In this document: positions 6,290 through 13,068 of the stretch, piece after piece
Position numbering within the stretch: the stretch's first letter is position 1
Layout: every line of letters begins with the position of its first letter
Assembly: GCA_046757525.1 (NCBI GenBank)
Contig: JBHHYI010000116.1
Coordinates: forward strand, 1 to 13,068
Length of the DNA stretch: 13,068 nucleotides
Direction of reading: 5' to 3'
From: a bacterium
Lineage (GTDB): Bacteria > Zhuqueibacterota > Zhuqueibacteria > Oceanimicrobiales > Oceanimicrobiaceae
Made by a program: the position numbers and the translations under genes
Notes under the pieces: generated by a model
Told to the model about the DNA's origin: nothing
Databases searched by the model: none
What the model saw: only the letters and a program-made list of their open reading frames with translations

Positions 6290-7294
6290 ATGCAATCAAT
6301 GAACAAACCCAAACACGCTACGACGGAGTTCTACAATATTTTAGGGCAAAGCCCTACCATGCAAAGAATTTTCGCTACGATTTCTAAAATTGCTAAAAGC
6401 CCAAAAGCTACGGTTTTGATATTGGGCGAGAGTGGCACGGGCAAGGAATTAGTGGCGCGGGCTGTACACGAGGCAAGTCCTTTGGCCAACAAGCCATTTG
6501 TTGAAATCAATTGTACCGCGCTGCCCGAGAATCTGTTGGAAACCGAGCTGTTCGGTTACGAACCCGGGGCGTTCACCGACGCCAAACGCACCAAAAAAGG
6601 TCTACTGGAGCTGGCGGACGGTGGAACCTTCTTCCTGGACGAAATCGGCGATCTCAATCTGCGCTTGCAGGTCAAACTACTCAAGGTGTTGGAAGAAAAG
6701 ACGTTTAGAAGAATCGGCGGTACGCAGAATATTCAAGTCACCATGCGGATCATGGCAGCTACTAACCGCGACCTGGCTGATTTCGTACGAAAAGGTAAAT
6801 TTCGAGAGGATCTGTTTTACCGATTGAATGTGGTTACGATAAACTTGCCTTCCCTGCGCGAACGCAAAGAAGACATCCTACTTCTGGCCAATTTCTTTTT
6901 GACCAAATTCAGCAAAGAACATAACCGCCAGGTGAAGGGATTTTCTCAAGAGGCAACGACGATGCTGCACAACTATCCGTGGCCTGGCAACGTCAGAGAG
7001 CTAAAGAATTCCATTGAACGGGCCATTCTATTGGGCACGTCGAATCTCATTTCGCAGAATGAACTCAACCTGGGTTCGGGTCATATTGTTGAGAATTATC
7101 CTGTGAAAATCACCACCAATGAACGCATACATGTAGAGATTCCTCCTCAAGGCATCTCCCTGCTGGCTTTAGAAAGGGCCGCCATCGAAAAAGCGCTGTC
7201 GCTTTCCGGCGGCAATCAGTCTGAAGCAGCACGCTTCTTAAAAATCAGTCGTGAAACGCTCCGTTACCGCTTAAAAAAGCACCGCATTAATTAA
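6290..7294 (+). CDS. Sigma54-dependent transcriptional activator (bEBP: AAA+ plus Fis-type HTH) lacking an N-terminal regulatory domain
   Basis: Walker A GESGTGKE, ETELFGYEPGAFTDA (GAFTGA variant), Walker B FFLDEIG, FREDLFYRLNV, WPGNVREL, C-terminal GNQSEAARFLKISRETLRYRLKK; only about 16 residues precede the AAA+ core. Confidence 0.95.
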   Translation: MQSMNKPKHATTEFYNILGQSPTMQRIFATISKIAKSPKATVLILGESGTGKELVARAVHEASPLANKPFVEINCTALPENLLETELFGYEPGAFTDAKRTKKGLLELADGGTFFLDEIGDLNLRLQVKLLKVLEEKTFRRIGGTQNIQVTMRIMAATNRDLADFVRKGKFREDLFYRLNVVTINLPSLRERKEDILLLANFFLTKFSKEHNRQVKGFSQEATTMLHNYPWPGNVRELKNSIERAILLGTSNLISQNELNLGSGHIVENYPVKITTNERIHVEIPPQGISLLALERAAIEKALSLSGGNQSEAARFLKISRETLRYRLKKHRIN

Positions 7295-7302
7295 CCCTGT
7301 GC

Positions 7303-7420
7303 CAAATCAACCAACCCTGGGGCATTTACACCAAACAGACTTAAGCTCTTGTGATTAAACGACATTCAGCCAGGCCACCCCGGAAGGGCTCGTTCAAATC
7401 AACCAATCCTGGCGAATTCA
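7303..7420. promoter_or_regulatory. Two 26-bp imperfect repeats with internal dyad symmetry; putative bEBP upstream activator sequences
   Basis: CAAATCAACCAACCCTGGGGCATTTA (7303-7328) and CAAATCAACCAATCCTGGCGAATTCA (7395-7420), 22/26 identical; core AAAT-N3-CCA-N4-TGG-N3-ATT(T/C). Confidence 0.65.
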
Positions 7421-7550
7421 GTAGAAGTCAAGACCTCGCAGGTAAAGACCTGAATAAAAAAACAGTATGTTTGTAACTCTTATAATAACAAGTCCTTTTA
7501 ACGGGCTTTCAGGCCATTTTTGCTCGCCTGACTCCGGCCTTGAACCAACG

Positions 7551-7566
7551 GGGCATGGTAATTGCG
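7551..7566 (+). promoter_or_regulatory. Sigma54 (-24/-12) promoter
   Basis: GGGCATGGTAATTGCG: GG at 7552-7553, exactly 10 nt, GC at 7564-7565 within TTGC; matches TGGCAY-N5-TTGC apart from the first base; 54 nt upstream of ATG 7620. Confidence 0.8.
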
Positions 7567-7619
7567 TAACCCGAAACTAAAAAGACTCAAACCTCAACCA
7601 AAAAATGTAAGGTTCGGCT

Positions 7620-8150
7620 ATGGAAAAGATAAGCATTGTTTCATTAAGAAAGGAGAGAAACCGAGTTTTAGAAACAGCGGCTTTGATGCGAGCAAGAAAA
7701 CGAGTCTTAGGGCAAGAGATGGCCATGGGTAATAAGAATGGTTTGCATGATTCAAATATCACAAGTCTTCAGCCGACTCTCCTTGCTGCAAACGCGGAAG
7801 AGTATTCATTTGACGTGGTCTTATCACCAGAGCAGATCCACGCCGTGTCTGATCACCTGCGCCAAAGGGATGTGGAACTTGAAAGCGGAAATGGTTCTAA
7901 CCATGGCGAAGCGCAATGGGCATTGCATCCGGTCATATTTCGATTCAACATCTTGCCTCCTGCCTCGTCAGAGAGAACACTAACATCGGACGATGTTTGT
8001 AATCTGCTCAATATCAGCCGCGGCACGCTGTACAAATATGTCAAAAGCAATCAACTGAATTGTTTCCGAATAGGATCCAAGCTGCGGTTTCTAAAGCAAG
8101 ACGTCAACACCTTTATGGACGAACACAAAACTCAAAACATCGCGAACTAA
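7620..8150 (+). CDS. Protein with C-terminal excisionase-type (HTH_17/Xis-like) DNA-binding domain and unknown N-terminal region
   Basis: LTSDDVCNLLNISRGTLYKYVKSNQLNCFRIGSKLRFLKQDVNTFM fits the LTxxEVAxxLxIxxxTLYxxxxxGxLxxxRIGxxxRF pattern; exact start uncertain. Confidence 0.85.
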   Translation: MEKISIVSLRKERNRVLETAALMRARKRVLGQEMAMGNKNGLHDSNITSLQPTLLAANAEEYSFDVVLSPEQIHAVSDHLRQRDVELESGNGSNHGEAQWALHPVIFRFNILPPASSERTLTSDDVCNLLNISRGTLYKYVKSNQLNCFRIGSKLRFLKQDVNTFMDEHKTQNIAN

Positions 8151-8167
8151 AGTAAGGAGAGGCTATC

Positions 8168-9442
8168 ATGTATTTAGAATACTGGGGGCTGAAAAAGCAT
8201 GCATTTCATAACGTCCCGGACCCATCCATGTATTTTGAAATGCATCAAAGCGTTGAAAACGCCGTTGCAGAAATCCTTTTTGCCATCGAAGAAGGGGATG
8301 AATGTTTGGCGGTAATCGTTGGGGAAGTGGGTTTGGGAAAAACCATGACGCTAAGGGTCGTTTTGGATACCCTCGATACTGACAATTATGACATTGCCTT
8401 CATCACAAATCCCGATCTCACCTTTCCTCAGATTTTGCGAGAAATAATTGGGCAATTGACCAATTCGCAATGCGAAATCAAAGCAAAAGACAAGCTTTTA
8501 GAAGCGTTCAATCGAATCCTGGTGGAGAGCAACCGACAAAACAAGAAAGTATTGATTTTCATCGATGAAGGCAATGCCATCCGAAAAGTAAATTTGGAAA
8601 GTCTGCGCCTGCTCACCAATTTGCAGGCTGATGACCACAACCTCTTCACCATCGTGCTGGCTGGTCAACCTGAATTGGCGGAAAGATTAGAGCACCCCAG
8701 CATGGCCAATCTGTTCCAGCGAATTGGTGTCTACTGCAAGCTGGTGAAATTGGGCTCCAAAGAGATCATGAGGGACTACATTGAACATCGCTGCGAAATT
8801 GCCGGGGCAACGCGACCCATCTTCACCGAAGATGCCTTTGAACACGTCTGGCAGCATTCTAATGAAGGCGTGCCGCGCCTGGTCAACAGAATCTGCAAAT
8901 TGGCCATGAAGGCAGGAGAAACCAACCGACTGGAAATCATCGATGGAACAGTGATTGATGCCATATCTGCGCGCTTCTCCAAATTCACACAGCAGAGCCA
9001 TCAGTTCCGCCCGGCCCACAAGGCACCGGAGACCCAATCAAGCCAAAGTGACGCCACGGCCCCAACGAGTACGGCGGCGGACCATGGCAAGCGTCCGGTT
9101 ACCGTGGTGGAGGCGCCAAAGCCTGCCTTTGAAGCCGCCACAGCAAAGACCCACAGAATCCCTGGCCTATTAGGCGGCGTCCTGGACACCCTCACCGACA
9201 AGTTCGCAAAGTCGTCAAGAAACAACCCGACCTTAAACCATCCGCAAGATGGGGATGACGCGTCCACAGACGTAACTGTGGTGGATGCCCCGATTGCAGT
9301 TCAAAAGCAACAGAGTGGGCGCAACAAGCGGATTGTGAACAATTATGTCGAAAACGACGAAGCCAGCGAATTCTCCAAAGAAGTCATCGATATGATGAAA
9401 GACAGATACCGGGACAAGAGAAACGTAGGCATTCTTTATTGA
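8168..9442 (+). CDS. ExeA/GspA-like AAA+ ATPase (AAA_22 type) with low-complexity C-terminal tail
   Basis: RBS AAGGAGAGG; N-terminus MYLEYWGLKKHAFHNVPDP (cf. ExeA MYxxxFGLxxxPFxxxPDP); Walker A GEVGLGKT; Walker B IFIDEG; LRLLTN, IVLAGQPEL, QRI, GVPRLVNRIC. Confidence 0.9.
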   Translation: MYLEYWGLKKHAFHNVPDPSMYFEMHQSVENAVAEILFAIEEGDECLAVIVGEVGLGKTMTLRVVLDTLDTDNYDIAFITNPDLTFPQILREIIGQLTNSQCEIKAKDKLLEAFNRILVESNRQNKKVLIFIDEGNAIRKVNLESLRLLTNLQADDHNLFTIVLAGQPELAERLEHPSMANLFQRIGVYCKLVKLGSKEIMRDYIEHRCEIAGATRPIFTEDAFEHVWQHSNEGVPRLVNRICKLAMKAGETNRLEIIDGTVIDAISARFSKFTQQSHQFRPAHKAPETQSSQSDATAPTSTAADHGKRPVTVVEAPKPAFEAATAKTHRIPGLLGGVLDTLTDKFAKSSRNNPTLNHPQDGDDASTDVTVVDAPIAVQKQQSGRNKRIVNNYVENDEASEFSKEVIDMMKDRYRDKRNVGILY

Positions 9443-9472
9443 TTGACACCAACCCATAACCCTCCCTTTCCC

Positions 9473-9507
9473 AGCCCCTGTTGATCCGTTCAACAGGGGC
9501 TTTTGTT
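9473..9507 (+). terminator. Intrinsic terminator of the HTH/ATPase operon
   Basis: Perfect 12-bp stem AGCCCCTGTTGA (9473-9484) / TCAACAGGGGCT (9490-9501), 5 nt loop, then TTTGTT. Confidence 0.9.
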
Positions 9508-9543
9508 ATGAACTATGTTTCAAAAAACTTTCTGTAACAATGC

Positions 9544-9573
9544 TTGACATTGTGCCGCATTTCTTGTTAGATT
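9544..9573 (+). promoter_or_regulatory. Putative sigma70 promoter
   Basis: Consensus TTGACA (9544-9549), 18 nt spacer, TAGATT (9568-9573) with extended -10 TG at 9565-9566. Confidence 0.6.
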
Positions 9574-9763
9574 CACGATTATGCATGCTCATCTCCTGGT
9601 CGCCAGATTTTGAAGCAGACTTAAATGTAGCCACTTAGCAATCGTTGAGAAATAATAGAATTGAATCTCGTTAAAACCACCTTTGCCACAAAACTCATTC
9701 AGTCGTTCAACCATTGCAACCCTTAGAGCAACTGTTTACCTTATTAAGCTGGAGAGAATGAGT

Positions 9764-9949
9764 ATGTCAGAATTTGACTTTAAAGAATTAGAGGAATTAC
9801 AATCGCTGTATTTTTCATCAGCGACTTTGAAAAAGCGCATTGTAAAAATGCTTTCTAAGTCAACACAGTGCAAGGCGATCCTGGAAAGCGTTAATCACGA
9901 TACCGGGGAATACCGCATCGTTTTGCAGGGAACTCTGGAGAACAAGTGA
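9764..9949 (+). CDS. Small hypothetical protein (61 aa)
   Basis: GGAG 9751-9754 upstream of ATG 9764 (alternative ATG 9758); protein-like sequence MSEFDFKELEELQSLYF...GEYRIVLQGTLENK; fills the gap between promoter and convergent gene. Confidence 0.65.
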   Translation: MSEFDFKELEELQSLYFSSATLKKRIVKMLSKSTQCKAILESVNHDTGEYRIVLQGTLENK

Positions 9950-9980
9950 CGAGCAATCCACCGCCTTATTATTAAAGGAC

Positions 9981-11420
9981 TTAAACCATTCCACGCCGCG
10001 ACGCATTTTCCTGATCGCCCCATTCGCTCAACGCTAAGCACAGCCCACAATCGAGTCTTTGACAGTAAGTTTTGTGCAAGAAAATCAGTCCTTGCTGCTG
10101 ATTGGCCGATTGTGCCGGCAACGAAGCGTCACCGGTGTGTTTAGCTAATTGGGTTTTCATGGCGCGGGTTATGGAGTTTTCTGACAGTCTGGGAAATTCG
10201 TCGTAAAGCACTCTAACCACGTTCAATAAGATGCCGTCCTGGACTTCCGTGCCGCACAAGTGCAATACCGGTAATACAATGTTAACCACCATATCCCTCG
10301 CCCTGGATTTTCCGATGAGAGCCACAGGCGGCTTCTGATGTGCCTGGTGTGCCGAGACTTCGATATGATAATGATGCCTCCAATATCCCCGGGCTTCCAC
10401 TCTTATTGACTCCTCCAGCTCCCTGGTGAGTCGTTTGGGATTGTCCGAATTCCCACGAACAAGTTTGAGAAATCCTTCCAAATAGCCGTGTTGGTAAAAA
10501 CGATGGATGATTTGAAGCATGCCAGCGATTCTACGAGTGGGGAAATTTTGCGGTCGCAGCCGGAAGAACTTCCACTCGTGGGCTTTCATGGGTTTAATCT
10601 CCAAACGATGGGACATTTGACGCCACAACAATTCCAGAGGACCAAAATAGTTCAGGGCCTCAGCTTCCAGAGCACCTTTGGCACGTTCGCTTTGGGAAGG
10701 CAGCAATCCCGCAGCGCCAAAAAGCAGAGCAGAGCATTTCTGCAAAGCCATTTCATCTGAGACCCACTGCATTTCTTGACACACCATTTCAAACGGGACC
10801 AGGCGGGCAAGATTGCGAAAAGGGACCTGATTCTTAGAGTACCCAAGCGCCTCGAAAAGGTGCAAGTGGAGCAACTGATTCCAGGATGTTGCGGCTAATT
10901 CCTCGCGTAGCCTTTCGGCCTTTTGCCGCAGTCGCATGTGTCCGGCTTCGTTGAGAGTAGCCACAATCTTGATCCTGCCCATCTTGCTGAGCGGGCAGTC
11001 GTCGACGATCAAGCTTTGCCCGGACGGATCAGCTTTCCTCCAGGATGCTTGCCGGTACGCTTCTAAGTTGATCAGGATTTGTGGTACGATGACGCCATCC
11101 TCCCGTTCGATCACCGTCGCCGCCTTAGCCTCTTCGGTGATTAAATGTAAAATCACACCATTGTAGGCTGCGTCTTCGTGGTGATTGTGCTCATACCAGC
11201 CAGATGCGTCCAAATGCACCTCCACATCCCCCTTGAGGATTCTCCCATCGAATTTGATCACAGCATCCTTGAAATCAGGTCCTGCGTCCTGATTCTCGGT
11301 GCCGCCGAAGATGACCTCTACCTGGTTGCCCGTAGTGGTCTGCATTGCCTGGCCAAACAACTTCTTGCTGGCCCAGAGCTTTTGCAATAGAATCTCCTGA
11401 TCGTGAACTTTTAATTCCAC
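9981..11420 (-). CDS. DUF2851 family protein
   Basis: LLQKLW, NQDAGPDFKDAVI, GDVEVH...W.EHNHHEDAAYNGVILH, ALGYSKN..PF, WKFFRLRPQNFPTRRIA, YWRHHY, QQQGLI..HKTYCQRLDCGLC; GTG start with GGGAG RBS. Confidence 0.88.
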   Translation of the reverse strand: MELKVHDQEILLQKLWASKKLFGQAMQTTTGNQVEVIFGGTENQDAGPDFKDAVIKFDGRILKGDVEVHLDASGWYEHNHHEDAAYNGVILHLITEEAKAATVIEREDGVIVPQILINLEAYRQASWRKADPSGQSLIVDDCPLSKMGRIKIVATLNEAGHMRLRQKAERLREELAATSWNQLLHLHLFEALGYSKNQVPFRNLARLVPFEMVCQEMQWVSDEMALQKCSALLFGAAGLLPSQSERAKGALEAEALNYFGPLELLWRQMSHRLEIKPMKAHEWKFFRLRPQNFPTRRIAGMLQIIHRFYQHGYLEGFLKLVRGNSDNPKRLTRELEESIRVEARGYWRHHYHIEVSAHQAHQKPPVALIGKSRARDMVVNIVLPVLHLCGTEVQDGILLNVVRVLYDEFPRLSENSITRAMKTQLAKHTGDASLPAQSANQQQGLIFLHKTYCQRLDCGLCLALSEWGDQENASRRGMV

Positions 11421-11595
11421 TATTATCTCCCTCTCAAATAGAAAACCACCAAGCCTTCTCTAACGCATTAATAGCAATTGAGGTCTTTTATGAAAGAAGG
11501 TTTTTGTAGCAAACGATAGACGCAGTTTGGTTAGTCAGCGCAAATCAAAACAAAGCTGGAATTGGGCCGTTGGAATGGTGGAGAGCAGGAAGCTC

Positions 11596-12840
11596 TTAAT
11601 GGGTTAACTGGGAATCGGTGTCGGCGGTCTTGACTGTGTCTGCGGGCGTTGCGTTTTCAAGAAGATGGTAATAGTCGAACATTTGCCAATACGAAGCCAT
11701 GACCGTGTCGCGTAGGTAGTCCTCGTAGAAAGTTCCCCAATTGCCTAAGAGCAAACCTGAATCGCTGATGATATTTCGACCCTCGTTCAGATTTGCACTC
11801 AACTTCTGCAACTTGTGAACAACCTCTAATCTGCGCTGCCCAAACAACTCCGTGGGCTGAAATTCGACCTCACGATTGTCGACGTTAATGGGAACACATT
11901 GGGCATAAAACAAACCGTCCTCGCTCAGATACGCTCTCAAAATGATGCTGTCCACAGCCTCCGAACTGTAAGAACCAAATGCAAAGTTGCCGAGGCTGTA
12001 GGCGATGAGCCTGTTCTTGTACAGCTCCAACCCTTGCAGCACGTGCGGATGATGTCCGAGCACCAGATCGGCGCCAGCATCGATAGCCAGGTGGGCGAAG
12101 TAAATCTGATAATCTTTGGGCGTGTCCAACTTTTCGGCACTCCAGTGAAACGAAACCACGGTGAAAGCCACCGAATCTTCTAAAGCAGCAATGGTTGAAG
12201 TCATGAATTCTGGTTCAGGGTAGGCTGTGCCGGCACTGTCTGTGCTGGCGTAAAACTCTGTGGGAAAAGTCATGGAATATCCTAAAAAGGCAATCTTCCT
12301 GCCGCTTACTTCAACAATCGCTGGCCGCCCGGCCCGGGCCAAATTTCGTCCAGCGCCACAATGTTTCACCCCAACTTGTTCCAGCGTGCGGATAGTGGAC
12401 TGCAGGCCGGTTTCTCCGTAGTCCATAATGTGGTTGTTAGCCAGATTGACAACGGAGATTCCGGCGTCTCTCAATCCCGAAGCAAGGTGGAGTGGAACCT
12501 TGAAATTGAATTTTTTTTTGAACGGCGCCGCTTCTAAGATGAACGGCGCCTCCAAATTGGCAATAGCCACATCGCTGCTTTTAAAATGCTGAAAAGTTTT
12601 CAAGAATGGATAAAGAGGACCTTCGTGTTCCAAAATCGGCGTCAACCAGGAAGCCAGCATCACATCTCCCACCGCCACCACGGATACGCTGGCGTCATAA
12701 GGGTGTGCAATAGTCGACCTCTTGACAGCTTTGCGCCACTCCTGACCCAGCAGTACATCGCCGCTCAAATTGGTGAACAATACACCAAAAAGGATTGCAG
12801 CAAAACAGAAAAACCATCTGATCTTCTTATGGTTCCACAT
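11596..12840 (-). CDS. CapA/PgsA family metallophosphoesterase-fold protein with N-terminal signal or anchor
   Basis: AVGDVM, ANLE, NLANNHIMDYG, VSFHW, AIDAGADLVLGHHPHVLQG, YSLGNFAF; hydrophobic N-terminus. Confidence 0.93.
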   Translation of the reverse strand: MWNHKKIRWFFCFAAILFGVLFTNLSGDVLLGQEWRKAVKRSTIAHPYDASVSVVAVGDVMLASWLTPILEHEGPLYPFLKTFQHFKSSDVAIANLEAPFILEAAPFKKKFNFKVPLHLASGLRDAGISVVNLANNHIMDYGETGLQSTIRTLEQVGVKHCGAGRNLARAGRPAIVEVSGRKIAFLGYSMTFPTEFYASTDSAGTAYPEPEFMTSTIAALEDSVAFTVVSFHWSAEKLDTPKDYQIYFAHLAIDAGADLVLGHHPHVLQGLELYKNRLIAYSLGNFAFGSYSSEAVDSIILRAYLSEDGLFYAQCVPINVDNREVEFQPTELFGQRRLEVVHKLQKLSANLNEGRNIISDSGLLLGNWGTFYEDYLRDTVMASYWQMFDYYHLLENATPADTVKTADTDSQLTH

Positions 12841-12907
12841 CCATCCTCAGGATTGAAGCGTTGAAACGTTTGTGGGCCCTGGCATGGTTTGCGGAAAAGC
12901 CACCTCA

Positions 12908-13068
12908 TCAAGAGGTCGGTTCCACACCCGCGGCAGATTCTGTGGAAGCTTGTTCTTTTGCTTTGACTTGTTCCAACTCGTCGTTCTTGGCCCGCATTTC
13001 CTTTTCTAACCCACGAATTCGGTCGACAATTTCTTCGACCCCGGCGTCTGCCGCAATCTTCTTATTGT
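12908..13068 (-). CDS. C-terminal end of a coiled-coil hypothetical protein (5' truncated by window edge; absent from ORF track)
   Basis: Hand translation from 13066: NKKIAADAGVEEIVDRIRGLEKEMRAKNDELEQVKAKEQASTESAAGVEPTS, stop TGA at 12910-12908; co-oriented upstream of the CapA gene. Confidence 0.7.
   Translation of the reverse strand, partial: NKKIAADAGVEEIVDRIRGLEKEMRAKNDELEQVKAKEQASTESAAGVEPTS

Noticed and set aside
7303..7420. Repeat pair as a mini CRISPR array
   Set aside because: Only two imperfect copies, 66 nt apart, no cas genes; position fits activator sites
3837..8150. Integrated element at the tRNAs with the HTH_17 gene as excisionase
   Set aside because: No integrase and no duplicated tRNA 3' end seen in the window; the HTH gene has its own sigma54 promoter
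8168..9442. Calling the ATPase a true exeA/gspA
   Set aside because: No membrane segment, peptidoglycan-binding domain, exeB or T2SS genes in the window
11596..12840. Poly-gamma-glutamate capsule locus
   Set aside because: No capB/capC in the window; stand-alone CapA-family genes are common
117..12864. Remaining short or overlapping ORFs in the track (for example 1585..2196, 2703..3017, 6498..6827, 8687..9037, 10488..10760, 11899..12183)
   Set aside because: They are shadow frames overlapping well-supported genes, with no recognisable motifs
12880..12893. TGGCATGGTTTGCG as a second sigma54 promoter
   Set aside because: GG-to-GC spacing is 8 rather than 10 and it points antisense to the flanking genes

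Overview
Bacterial chromosomal window. A C-terminal TWGxIK motif protein, DUF2851 and sigma54 regulation suggest an FCB-group lineage such as KSB1/Calditrichota-like; this is inference only. Left to right: 3' end of a Type I restriction-modification specificity gene (hsdS) followed by a divergent uracil-DNA-glycosylase-superfamily gene; an apparently internally deleted M28/DUF4910-type peptidase; a Gfo/Idh/MocA oxidoreductase; tRNA-His(GTG) and tRNA-Glu(TTC); a stand-alone adenylate kinase; a small Cys/His-motif protein; a secreted TWGxIK-tail protein; a sensor-less sigma54 activator followed by two dyad sites, a -24/-12 promoter and a two-gene operon (excisionase-type HTH protein plus ExeA-like AAA ATPase) with a terminator; a 61-aa orphan; DUF2851; a CapA-family metallophosphoesterase; and the end of a coiled-coil protein. 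The two best candidates for an undescribed system are (1) the hsdS-linked glycosylase-like gene, a possible back-up defence against base-modified phage DNA, and (2) the self-contained sigma54 activator/HTH/ExeA-like ATPase module. No CRISPR array, integrase or transposase was seen. All family calls come from motif recognition by eye, not database searches.
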